The notes beneath the pieces are model-generated. The model ran no database searches. It was not told the origin of the DNA and saw only the letters and a list, made by a program, of their open reading frames with translations. A stretch of 64,000 nt of DNA from Stomatohabitans albus (GTDB lineage: Bacteria; Actinomycetota; Nitriliruptoria; Euzebyales; Euzebyaceae): the NCBI RefSeq assembly GCF_036336025.1, contig NZ_JAYKKE010000002.1:239364-303363 (forward strand), in the 5' to 3' direction. Of the stretch, positions 39,185 to 47,802 are shown piece by piece. The position numbers and the translations under genes are program-made. The first letter of the stretch is position 1; each line of letters begins with the position of its first letter.

Positions 39185-42022
39185 TCACAGATTTGCAAGC
39201 ACGGCAGCCAATGCCTCTAAAACATGGCGCCAAGACTTGCCGGAACGTTCAGTTAGGCCCATTTCACATGTACGATTAGATGATAGGTACCAGTCAATTG
39301 GGCCGAGGGATTCAAGTTCTGCCAATTCTTCACTGGTGGCACCCTCACTTAACTCTGGGTGCAACATAAAACGGTCGCCGGCCGATCCGCAGCAACCCGC
39401 ATGCACTGGCACAATCACATCTCGCGCAGCTGCCCGTGCAATGGCAAGAACATCGTCACCAATTCCCATATGGATACTTGCACATGTTGGATGGACAACA
39501 ACGCGCGCAATCTTTTTTTCCATTGGAATAGTGACTCGTGGTAGGACCTCACGTGCAACGAAAGTGGTTGCATCCTCTACGTGTATCGCCTCATTTTGAC
39601 TGAAAATATCTTCAATGCCATGTGAACAACTTGACGCTTCACAGATTACGGGAAGCCGACCATCATCGGTCAACGGTTCAATGACGGTGGCCACGATGTC
39701 TCGCATTTGGTCCGCACCAGCGGTGAGGCCTTTAGAAGCCCACAGGGTCGAACAACACAGTTTGTCAACCTGTGGCGGGATAATCATGGAGATACCGGCA
39801 TGTTTGCAGATCGACAATAACGCATCGGTTGCGCCACCCTTCTGGTCAGGTGCACCAAAGATTGCCGACACGCACGAAGGCACCCAAACTGCACTTGCGT
39901 GCATGATCTGGTGAGTAATGGCGGGATGTAACGTCAAGTCTGTGCGTGCTCGCCCTGGTCCTGGCATCGAATGAGGTACTTCGGGTATCCAATCGCGACC
40001 CCGTTCTCCGATGATTGAGCGCATCCCTTTTGTTCCTGCATGTATCAGGGTGTTCGGGATGATGTTTGCCACTTTCATACCATCGCGGAGTCGTGCTTGT
40101 GCGAGTCCCCATTGATCGGCCAGACCCTTACCGAGATCTTGTGTTCGGCCCGCACGACGGGCAGTTCGATACCCCTTCATGACCTTGCCTGTGTCAATAT
40201 TCATTGGGCAACTGAGTGTGCATAAACTGTCTGCGGCGCATGTGTCAATTGCCATATATTCAAAATCAGCGGCAATAGCATCGGCTAATGCATGATCACC
40301 AGCTTGTCTTGCTAGATACATTTCACGGATTAATGCAATACGTTGGCGAGGGGTTGTCGTGGTGTGTCGGCTAGGGCAAATGGGTTCACAATAGCCACAT
40401 TCAACGCATCGGTCGATGGCAGGATCAATCTGAGGGTACGTCTTGAGATCTTTAATATGTGCTTTCGGATCATCTGAAATGATTACCCCAGGATTCAAAA
40501 TATGAGAAGGGTCACACAGATGCTTAATCTCTTTCATGACCTGGTACAGCGCTGAACCAAATTGACGCTCTACATAGGGCGCCATAATACGCCCCGTTCC
40601 ATGTTCAGCTTTTAGAGAACCGTTATATCCAATAATCAGTTCTACTAAATCCTCAGTGAATGCTTCATACGTATCCAACTCACGTTTATCGTCCAATCGT
40701 GGATTAATTTGAAAGTGCAAGTTGGCATCTTTTGCGTGGCCAAAAATAACAGGGTCAATGTATCCGTGTTTATCTAAAATTGTCTGGAGCTCAAGAACCG
40801 TTTTAGTAAGTGCAGGACCTGGTACCACGATGTCTTCAAGTAGCGGGGTAGTACCTAATTGGCGGTTACCGGCTACTGCAGAATAAAGCACTTTCCGGGT
40901 TTTCCACATCATTGCACGTGTTGAGGCGTCGGTTGTTAACGGCGTTGGCAGCCAGGCAGGGAGGCCACCAAGTACACGAGTCATCTGATCCACATAATTA
41001 TCGAGTTGATCAGATGTTTCGGCCTGTACCTCAACTAACAATCCGCAGTGGGTATCAACGTGCATACCTTGCAGAAAATCATCTACTGCCTTGTCACGAA
41101 GGGATACCCGTAAACTCACCGCATCAAGTAGCTCAAGAGCAACCGCTCCTGCTTCATCAAGAGCGGCAAGGGCATCCGTTGCCTGATCAATACGATCAAA
41201 TATGCATAATGCAGAAGCCGCATACGGAAGGTCTGGAACCGTGTCAAAAACAACGTTCACGATATACGCTAACGTTCCTTCGGACCCAACGAGTAGCTTC
41301 GCAAGAATATCTACGGGTCGATCAGCATCTAAAAAGGAATTTAGTCCATATCCCATCGTGTTTTTCATGTTGTATTGCTGTTTAATCGTTTCAACATGAT
41401 GAGGGTTAGACCGAATTGTGTCTCGCAATCGAGTCAAACCTGCATGTAGCTCAGGTTCTTTGATACGAAGTCGATCATCGGCATCAATAGCTGCAGAGTC
41501 GATGCGCGTGCCGCTTGGCAATATGAACTCCACACTCCGAACGGTGTAATAGGCGGTGCGTAAATGGCCACTTGTCATGCCCGATGAGTTGTTAGCTACG
41601 ACGCCCCCTATGGTGCAAGCGATTTCACTCGCAGGATCGGGACCCAGGCGCCGACCGTAGGGGGCCAACAGGGCGTTTACGATGCGCAACAATGCGCCTG
41701 GTTGGCAGCGCACCTGTGCACCGTTATTGAGGATTTCAATACCGGTTTGTGTTTCTCGAATATCGACCAGCCACCCTGCACCACTTGCTTGACCGCTTAA
41801 TGATGTGGCACCGGCCCGAAATGTAACTGGTATATGGTGTTCTGTCGCGCTTGTCAGGATGTTGGCAATGTGATCCAAGTCGTTGGCGCGAATAAGTGCT
41901 TGAGGGTGAATCAAGTAGTGGCTTGCATCGTGGGCGTAGGCCGCACAATCTACTGCCCGATTACTTGAATACAGCGGAAGGATACGTTCGCCCGATTTAA
42001 TTGGTTGCTCGGTAATAGACAT
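39185..42022 (-). CDS. fused FAD-linked oxidase / 4Fe-4S / CCG-domain oxidoreductase (E. coli YdiJ-like; D-2-hydroxyacid dehydrogenase family)
   Basis: 945 aa. N-terminal FAD_binding_4 (PCMH) and FAD-oxidase C domains. Central CVECGYCEPICPS...CTLSCPMNID ferredoxin-like clusters. C-terminal Cys-rich CCG repeats. Confidence 0.75.
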   Translation of the reverse strand: MSITEQPIKSGERILPLYSSNRAVDCAAYAHDASHYLIHPQALIRANDLDHIANILTSATEHHIPVTFRAGATSLSGQASGAGWLVDIRETQTGIEILNNGAQVRCQPGALLRIVNALLAPYGRRLGPDPASEIACTIGGVVANNSSGMTSGHLRTAYYTVRSVEFILPSGTRIDSAAIDADDRLRIKEPELHAGLTRLRDTIRSNPHHVETIKQQYNMKNTMGYGLNSFLDADRPVDILAKLLVGSEGTLAYIVNVVFDTVPDLPYAASALCIFDRIDQATDALAALDEAGAVALELLDAVSLRVSLRDKAVDDFLQGMHVDTHCGLLVEVQAETSDQLDNYVDQMTRVLGGLPAWLPTPLTTDASTRAMMWKTRKVLYSAVAGNRQLGTTPLLEDIVVPGPALTKTVLELQTILDKHGYIDPVIFGHAKDANLHFQINPRLDDKRELDTYEAFTEDLVELIIGYNGSLKAEHGTGRIMAPYVERQFGSALYQVMKEIKHLCDPSHILNPGVIISDDPKAHIKDLKTYPQIDPAIDRCVECGYCEPICPSRHTTTTPRQRIALIREMYLARQAGDHALADAIAADFEYMAIDTCAADSLCTLSCPMNIDTGKVMKGYRTARRAGRTQDLGKGLADQWGLAQARLRDGMKVANIIPNTLIHAGTKGMRSIIGERGRDWIPEVPHSMPGPGRARTDLTLHPAITHQIMHASAVWVPSCVSAIFGAPDQKGGATDALLSICKHAGISMIIPPQVDKLCCSTLWASKGLTAGADQMRDIVATVIEPLTDDGRLPVICEASSCSHGIEDIFSQNEAIHVEDATTFVAREVLPRVTIPMEKKIARVVVHPTCASIHMGIGDDVLAIARAAARDVIVPVHAGCCGSAGDRFMLHPELSEGATSEELAELESLGPIDWYLSSNRTCEMGLTERSGKSWRHVLEALAAVLANL

Positions 42023-42185
42023 AACACCTACTCCTTATTGCCTATTCACAAATGAAGTATAAAAATGCATCTTTGAGCAATCGAACTTCTTCTATGTCCA
42101 ATTTGTATAAAGAAAAGACATTAGAAAGCGTAGATTTTCATTAGTAAAGAAAACCCTGTTCAGCACAATATAAAGTTAGGCAAAC

Positions 42186-42217
42186 TAAAAACGCTGGTGG
42201 ATCACCACCAGCGCTTT
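42186..42217 (-). terminator. rho-independent terminator downstream of tRNA-Glu
   Basis: On the minus strand: GCGCTGGTGG-TGAT-CCACCAGCG followed by TTTTTAG. Confidence 0.55.
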
Positions 42218-42227
42218 ACTCGTATCG

Positions 42228-42300
42228 TAGTCCCGACGGGATTTGAACCCGCGCCGCCGGCTTGAAAGGCCGGTATCCTAGGCCGCTAGATGACGGGACC
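42228..42300 (-). tRNA. tRNA-Glu (anticodon UUC)
   Basis: The reverse complement folds as a cloverleaf. Acceptor GGTCCCG/CGGGACT. Anticodon stem CCGGC/GCCGG with loop CTTTCAA. T-arm GGTTCAAATCC. Discriminator A. CCA is not encoded. Confidence 0.85.
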
Positions 42301-42402
42301 GTTTAACGGGTTGATACCGTACCTGGACTTGAGGCTCATTGCCACTATTCATTCAAATTATTTTTACATTGCTTGGAATATGGCACACCATGGCGAAACA
42401 GC

Positions 42403-42408
42403 TATAAT
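42403..42408 (+). promoter_or_regulatory. consensus -10 hexamer TATAAT, about 120 nt upstream of rpmB (putative promoter of the L28-L33-L31 operon)
   Basis: Perfect TATAAT. The -35 is weak. It is followed by a GC-rich leader of about 115 nt containing several hairpins. Confidence 0.35.
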
Positions 42409-42530
42409 TGCGCGTCCGCGTCGCGCGTCCGGTGGGGTTTTCGGTTGAGAATCACTGGCGGTGCCGCCCGGCGTCCGAACCCATGAATCGTCCAACCGTC
42501 GGGTTAAATCCGACCTGATAGGAGAGTCCT

Positions 42531-42767
42531 ATGGCTAAGGTCTGCCAAGTGACGGGTAAGAAGCCTGTCAGCGGCAATAACGTGTCTTTCTCTCACAAGA
42601 AGACCAAGCGTCGCTTTGAACCTAACCTTCAGAACAAGCGCTACTGGGTACCGTCTGAACAGCGCTACGTTTCCTTACGCCTGTCCACTAAGGGCATGCG
42701 CATCATCGACAAGCGCGGCATCGAAAGTGTGCTTGCTGAAATGCGTAAACGCGGGGAGAAGATCTAA
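42531..42767 (+). CDS. rpmB: 50S ribosomal protein L28 (Cys-poor, zinc-independent type)
   Basis: [12 protein letters not shown]...[13 protein letters not shown]... Lacks the CxxC pairs of the zinc-binding form. GGAGAG RBS. Confidence 0.9.
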   Translation: MAKVCQVTGKKPVSGNNVSFSHKKTKRRFEPNLQNKRYWVPSEQRYVSLRLSTKGMRIIDKRGIESVLAEMRKRGEKI

Positions 42768-42931
42768 TGGCACGCAGTGAATCACGAATCAAAGTCAAGT
42801 TGCGGTCTACCGCAGGAACTGGTTACACCTACATGACCACCAAGAACAAGGCGAACCAGCGCGAACGGCTTGTCATGCGCAAGTATGACCCTGTCATTCG
42901 TAAGCACGTGGAGTTCAAGGAGGAAAAGTAG
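42767..42931 (+). CDS. rpmG: 50S ribosomal protein L33 (no Cys, zinc-independent type)
   Basis: 54 aa: [43 protein letters not shown]... The start overlaps the rpmB stop (TAATG). Not in the ORF track because it is under 60 aa. Confidence 0.85.
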   Translation: MARSESRIKVKLRSTAGTGYTYMTTKNKANQRERLVMRKYDPVIRKHVEFKEEK

Positions 42932-43174
42932 ATGAGGGCCGACATTCACCCCGAATACCGAGAAGTTGTATTCCAGGACACCGCCGCAGGTTGGTCTTTC
43001 ATTACGCGTTCCACCATTGAAACGAAGGAAACAACCACCATTGATGGTGTGGAATACCCGTTAAAGCGTATTGAAATTAGTGCAGCGAGTCACCCGTACT
43101 ACACGGGTCAGATGAAGATTGTCGATACCGCCGGTCGCGTGGATCGCTACAAGCGTCGCTACGGCGCCAAATAA
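42932..43174 (+). CDS. rpmE2: 50S ribosomal protein L31 type B (no Cys)
   Basis: MRADIHPEYREVVF...HPYYTG... AGGAGG RBS. Immediately follows rpmG. Confidence 0.85.
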   Translation: MRADIHPEYREVVFQDTAAGWSFITRSTIETKETTTIDGVEYPLKRIEISAASHPYYTGQMKIVDTAGRVDRYKRRYGAK

Positions 43175-43206
43175 CGCAAACGGACCTAGACGGTCACGGT
43201 TGAGCA

Positions 43207-43237
43207 ATGAACGTGCTGCCAATGGCAGCACGTTCAT
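43207..43237. terminator. perfect 14-bp inverted repeat hairpin (ATGAACGTGCTGCC-AAT-GGCAGCACGTTCAT), likely an I-shaped terminator for the r-protein operon
   Basis: Direct reading. Lies 33 nt after the rpmE2 stop. No U-tract. Confidence 0.45.
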
Positions 43238-43304
43238 GTATGTGCGCAACGTCTTGTTCGGTGATTCCTCCGCACCGGCACCTGCATGGTGCCAGTACGC
43301 GTGG

Positions 43305-44783
43305 TTACCTGACCTTACAATCAGCAGGAACGGGGCCAGCTCCCAAGGGATAGTTCCCACCTGGCTGGGGTGGTGTAGCTGGATTGGTAGGTGGAGGTGA
43401 TTGGTCGGTGGTGACCATAGGAGCATCATCTGTAGCATTCGCGTCATTTGCTTCGCCAGGCAATGTACCTGAACCGCCGAGAATAAGCGTGATTTCTTTG
43501 ATATCGGCATTCGTTTCAATACTGATACCAAGCGTATCCGCGACTTTTTGGGCGCCATCGGCCTTACCTGGTGGAAACTGCACAACACTTGTTTGGCGAG
43601 GATTGGCATTGCCAATACCAATGACATTAAACCCAAGGTCTGTGTAGGTCTGCTTGGCTTGATTTGCAAGTCCATCACGCCCAGTTCCATTTAGGATCCG
43701 CAGATTGACATCCTGTGCACGTACCTTATTGGGATCGCCTACCTCTTGGGGGGTAAGGACAGAGCCACTGGCGAATCCGGCATAGAGTGTTCCGGCTTCT
43801 GCCGTTGGTACTAGCACATCGTTACCTTCAATCCGTTGTCCAGTTGTCGGTACGGTATAGGTGGCAATTCCCCCTCCGGCAAGGCCTCGTGCGGCTCGTC
43901 CCAGTCGTAAGAGTTGAAATGGTCCAAAGCCTTCATCAGCCGTAACGGATGAGCCTCCTGCCTGAGCGACTTGGAAGAGCCGGGGAATATTGACAAGTGA
44001 GTGCGGGCTGATGATCTGGCTAACCATCGTTTTAATAACCCGCTGTTGACGAGCGATACGCCCTAAATCTGAATCAATATGACGGGCACGCACAAATCCG
44101 ATGGCCTGATGTCCATCTAAGATATTGCAACCGGCGGGAAGGTCGACATTGGCCCAACGATCTTGCATCGGGGCATCAAGCCAAACCGGAACACCCCCCA
44201 AGGCATCAACCACATTTACGAAACCAGCCAAATTAACTTCTGCATAGTGGTTAATGGGAACACCAGTAAGGGTAGAAACCGTTTCAACGAGACAACTTGG
44301 ACCACCTGTTGCATAGGCGGCATTAATGCGGCCCTTATTTCCTTGGCAGTCAGTGACATAGAGATCACGAGGAAAACTCAACATTGCGGCACTTCCACCG
44401 CTCACACTCAATAGGAAAATGGTGTCTGTACGCCGTCCAGAAACGGATTCGGTGCCGAGTCTCTGCAAATCCTCTTGACTCAGACCATCTCGGCTATCAG
44501 ACCCCACAATCAAGATGTTCAATGGACCTGGAGCTGAGGTGAGGCCTTGGACTGGTTCTCGATTAATGCTTGCAGAGGCACTTAATCCAAGGCCGACTGA
44601 GAGAAGGATGATGAGCAACGCTGCAATTACAACAATCTGTAATAGCCGGATAGTGATCTGTTTAACGGAACGCTGTTGCAAGATTGCATTGCGCCCTCGC
44701 ATTACCGGCCCATATCCATTTGGAGTACTCATAGGAACAAGCCTAGAACGCGCCGGCGCCTTAGCCTTAGTCAATTGCTGCAA
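43305..44783 (-). CDS. LytR-CpsA-Psr (LCP) family cell-envelope glycopolymer transferase with C-terminal LytR_C-like domain
   Basis: N-terminal TM segment. LCP core ...LIVGSDSRDG...DTIFLLSV...FPRDLYV... Confidence 0.8.
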   Translation of the reverse strand: MQQLTKAKAPARSRLVPMSTPNGYGPVMRGRNAILQQRSVKQITIRLLQIVVIAALLIILLSVGLGLSASASINREPVQGLTSAPGPLNILIVGSDSRDGLSQEDLQRLGTESVSGRRTDTIFLLSVSGGSAAMLSFPRDLYVTDCQGNKGRINAAYATGGPSCLVETVSTLTGVPINHYAEVNLAGFVNVVDALGGVPVWLDAPMQDRWANVDLPAGCNILDGHQAIGFVRARHIDSDLGRIARQQRVIKTMVSQIISPHSLVNIPRLFQVAQAGGSSVTADEGFGPFQLLRLGRAARGLAGGGIATYTVPTTGQRIEGNDVLVPTAEAGTLYAGFASGSVLTPQEVGDPNKVRAQDVNLRILNGTGRDGLANQAKQTYTDLGFNVIGIGNANPRQTSVVQFPPGKADGAQKVADTLGISIETNADIKEITLILGGSGTLPGEANDANATDDAPMVTTDQSPPPTNPATPPQPGGNYPLGAGPVPADCKVR

Positions 44784-45816
44784 CTTCTACCGAATCAATA
44801 CGTCCGTTTGGAGTCATCATCAGACAATAGACCTGGTTTGTGAGCAATCCCCCAGGTTGTTGCCATCGGACACGAACATATTGGCGAGCGTTTGCCGTAT
44901 CTACTGCAATACCCTCAATGTGATCAAGTTCGACCAGTCCACCCAATCCAGGAAGCGGCTGTGAGACGAGCGAGGTATCAGTAACCATAGTCTGTTTTCC
45001 ATATGCGGTAAAAAACGTAGTGACATGATGTCCTTGACCAGACTGCTGGCCATCTTCCCAATTAAGGGCCGGTAATGGACGGTGTGCACGCTGGTCAGGA
45101 AGACTCACCGGCACCCAGACTGGGTCGCTAAGTACGACCCACTGCTGACGGGTATCCCTACCAATCGGTAATTGAAGAGCAGCCCAGGTTGGCGCTTGGG
45201 TACCGGCAAGGAGTACAGAAACGGTCACGAGTTCAATGTCATCGCGGCGAATGATCTTAGCAATATGCGCATCAACCAGAACCTGCATCCCGGCTGTCGG
45301 TGTTGCCGAGGGTTCCAGATTGGTATCGCCCCGCATTGTGGCTAGCTGCGCGGAGCGGATGGCGGGATCGATGCCGCCACCTTGATTTGCCCAGATAGAG
45401 GTGTACCGCAAGGCGAGGTCCTCAAGTTGCTCACGTTCTTCCATCGACAGGGAACGTGTTGGCTCGGCAATACTTGAGGTATCGCTTGACCGGCCAGACG
45501 GACCACTTTCCACAGTCTGTTCACTACCAGGCACGCCATCACGACCGGGGGTTGAATGGTTGGCTTGGTCAACGACTGCCGCCTCTGGTGTAGCGCGCTG
45601 TTCAAGGTTCGTTGGGGTCATATTGGCGGCGTGTTGCTTGGCCTGAAGCGCAATGCCACCGATAAGTCCAACAATAATGAGCGCGACGAGACTAAGGCCG
45701 ACTGGGGGTAGGACTCGGCGAAAAAGGCGTTCCCGATGTCGGCGTGGTTCATCAGCTTGTTCGGCCAGTGCGGCGTAAGCCTCAGCGAGGTCGTCATCAA
45801 ATGGATTGGTATCCAT
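44767..45816 (-). CDS. single-pass membrane protein with large extracytoplasmic domain (hypothetical)
   Basis: Short cytoplasmic N-terminus, one TM segment (LSLVALIIVGLIGGIAL), then a domain of about 290 aa. The start overlaps the upstream stop (TAATG), and its 3' end overlaps the LCP gene start by 17 nt. Confidence 0.5.
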   Translation of the reverse strand: MDTNPFDDDLAEAYAALAEQADEPRRHRERLFRRVLPPVGLSLVALIIVGLIGGIALQAKQHAANMTPTNLEQRATPEAAVVDQANHSTPGRDGVPGSEQTVESGPSGRSSDTSSIAEPTRSLSMEEREQLEDLALRYTSIWANQGGGIDPAIRSAQLATMRGDTNLEPSATPTAGMQVLVDAHIAKIIRRDDIELVTVSVLLAGTQAPTWAALQLPIGRDTRQQWVVLSDPVWVPVSLPDQRAHRPLPALNWEDGQQSGQGHHVTTFFTAYGKQTMVTDTSLVSQPLPGLGGLVELDHIEGIAVDTANARQYVRVRWQQPGGLLTNQVYCLMMTPNGRIDSVEVAAID

Positions 45817-47597
45817 TAGGCTGGAACAGAAGTAGGAATATCAGCAGGAATAATGATCGTTAGCCCTTCGGGTAAATGATGTGGTAGGGCATCCTGTAGA
45901 CCAGGGTTCCAGGCCACCAACGTGATCCAAGTTGATTCCATCACTGCCCACGAAACATTCTCTCCCCATAGGGCACGTGCGATTGTCCAGGCCGTATCAC
46001 CAGGTTGGATTGTCCACGCTGAGCCAAGCTGAGGGACCGACTCCACCGTTGTGGCCCAGAGTGTGTGCACTTCTGGTTGACCCGATTGTTTCCGAGTGAT
46101 GTCTTGTTGGACAGCATCGATCCACTTACTAATTCGTTCTGCGGTGACCGGTTGTGAACGGCTCTTGATAATATCTGTATGCGTACGATCTACCTGACCA
46201 GCGGAACGTGTCACATCAGATGGAGCATGCGACCATGGCAGGAGATTGCCAGGCAGGTGATGTGGTTGCACGGTTCCCGGGTGCATCACGGCCAAGGATA
46301 ATAATGCTGGATGTCGCACTACCGTGGATAAGGGCGGTGCTGCGTCTTCGGCCGTGGGAGTGAGTGCCGTCGGCATAGGGTTCCCTGAACTTGATGAAGT
46401 CTGACTGGTCCCGTCTGATGGTACTGGCTGAGTTGGCGCAGTCGGGGGAGAGGAATAGATACCTGCAGAGGGTGTTACCGGTGCCGGCATCGTTGGTGGT
46501 TTAGGGCGAGGTGCGGCTATGACATGAATACGCTCACTCGTAGATGATGCCGGTGGACGGATAGGGGCAGAGGGTGCAATAGGTCTATCCTCCACTGGTT
46601 TTGACTGCACTGGTGGGGGAGTGTCTACCCGCACATCCTGCTCATCTTGGTGGGATGGAATAGACGGTGATTCTCCGACTGGTGGTTCAGGGCTATCTGC
46701 CGGTTGTTCGCTTTCGTTTCCTTGTTCTGGCTGTGCGGTCTCGGTCTCCAACGTTGATTCAGGTGCTGGTTGTGTCACGTTGGGTGTGCTGGGATTGGGC
46801 TTAGGCAACGGCGTGGGTAGTTCGCCCGGCTTACATTCACACTGGCGCTCACCCTCACCCTCTGGGTCATCCCCTTGCCCCGCTATTGCTCCAGGTAGAT
46901 TTGGCCGTAAGGGTGTCTGGGTATCCTCTGGTTCTGATGATTCCTCAGTGTGTTCATCATCCGGATCTTCTGGTGGGGTATTGGGCTGATGAGGTGGCGG
47001 TTTTGGTTGTTCAAGATCGTGATCTGGGGATATATCCAAGCGCTGTTCATCATCGGGAGAGGGGACATCAATGGGAGTTGATGGCGTCTCGGACGGGGCT
47101 CCAGGGGATACCTGTGGTGGGGTCGATGATGCGGGGCTATCCAGTTGTGGTGATCGCGATTCATCTGGCGCAAATAGGTCAATCGTGGGTGGTGTGGGCC
47201 GACGGGGTGTTGGTGCCTGGGGGTTACCAGTTTGGGACGGTCGGTTGTCTGCCTCCGGTGGCGTCACCGAAGGTGCCGGTGGCGTGGCATTGGAATGCTG
47301 AGGTGCGCTGACTGGCGGTGGGGAATCTGGTTTTGGCCTCTGGGGAACCGGTTTGGATGTGATATTGGCACTAATTTTTGTTTGGTTGGTTGTCCGAGTC
47401 ATTGGTGCGTCTGGTTTCGCAATACCTTGGGGTGAAGCCGTTGATTCACGGCGCGGTGCATCAGAAGTAGTCCCCGGTTCTGCGCCAATATCTCCATCAT
47501 CAGCTAAGGCCGTTGTCGCAAAGAATGGGATAAGGCCCGTTGCCACGGCTGCGGCCATAACAGGAAGATGCCGGAATAGTGGGTTGGATTGCATCAT
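45816..47597 (-). CDS. secreted Pro/Thr/Ser-rich protein with C-terminal LysM-like domain
   Basis: Signal-peptide-like N-terminus. About 400 aa of low-complexity Pro-rich sequence. C-terminal ...IQPGDTAWTIARALWGENVSW...LVAWNPGL...LPEGLTIIIP consistent with LysM. Confidence 0.55.
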   Translation of the reverse strand: MMQSNPLFRHLPVMAAAVATGLIPFFATTALADDGDIGAEPGTTSDAPRRESTASPQGIAKPDAPMTRTTNQTKISANITSKPVPQRPKPDSPPPVSAPQHSNATPPAPSVTPPEADNRPSQTGNPQAPTPRRPTPPTIDLFAPDESRSPQLDSPASSTPPQVSPGAPSETPSTPIDVPSPDDEQRLDISPDHDLEQPKPPPHQPNTPPEDPDDEHTEESSEPEDTQTPLRPNLPGAIAGQGDDPEGEGERQCECKPGELPTPLPKPNPSTPNVTQPAPESTLETETAQPEQGNESEQPADSPEPPVGESPSIPSHQDEQDVRVDTPPPVQSKPVEDRPIAPSAPIRPPASSTSERIHVIAAPRPKPPTMPAPVTPSAGIYSSPPTAPTQPVPSDGTSQTSSSSGNPMPTALTPTAEDAAPPLSTVVRHPALLSLAVMHPGTVQPHHLPGNLLPWSHAPSDVTRSAGQVDRTHTDIIKSRSQPVTAERISKWIDAVQQDITRKQSGQPEVHTLWATTVESVPQLGSAWTIQPGDTAWTIARALWGENVSWAVMESTWITLVAWNPGLQDALPHHLPEGLTIIIPADIPTSVPA

Positions 47598-47802
47598 GGC
47601 TCCTATCTCATGGGTGTAGTGATTGGGCCTAACTGTGAACGGTCTCAGTCAAAATATCCATATAAAGACTTAAAAAACATTGAAATACAGAATAATTACG
47701 TATGATACGGTGAAATTACAGCCATGGGAGTCAGGAGGGCATTACATCCAGTAGTGTTTTTCTGAATTCAGCTAAGGGCATTTATCTGGCAGCTACAACA
47801 CG

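Noticed and set aside
36111-42300. tRNA-associated genomic island with integrase
   Set aside because: No integrase or recombinase ORF was found. No direct repeat of the tRNA-Glu 3' end was found at the distal boundary. Only the compositional signal remains, which is reported as a finding.
42300-42530. Possible Zur box (TTGAGAATCA) in the r-protein operon leader
   Set aside because: Only a half-site-like match. There is no palindromic partner at the expected spacing. It is reported as absent or unclear rather than called.
46621-47619. Gly/Ser-rich and other ORFs on both strands across the Pro-rich LysM gene
   Set aside because: These are low-complexity artefacts of the Pro-codon-rich repeat region. 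The chosen frame has a signal peptide and a LysM domain.
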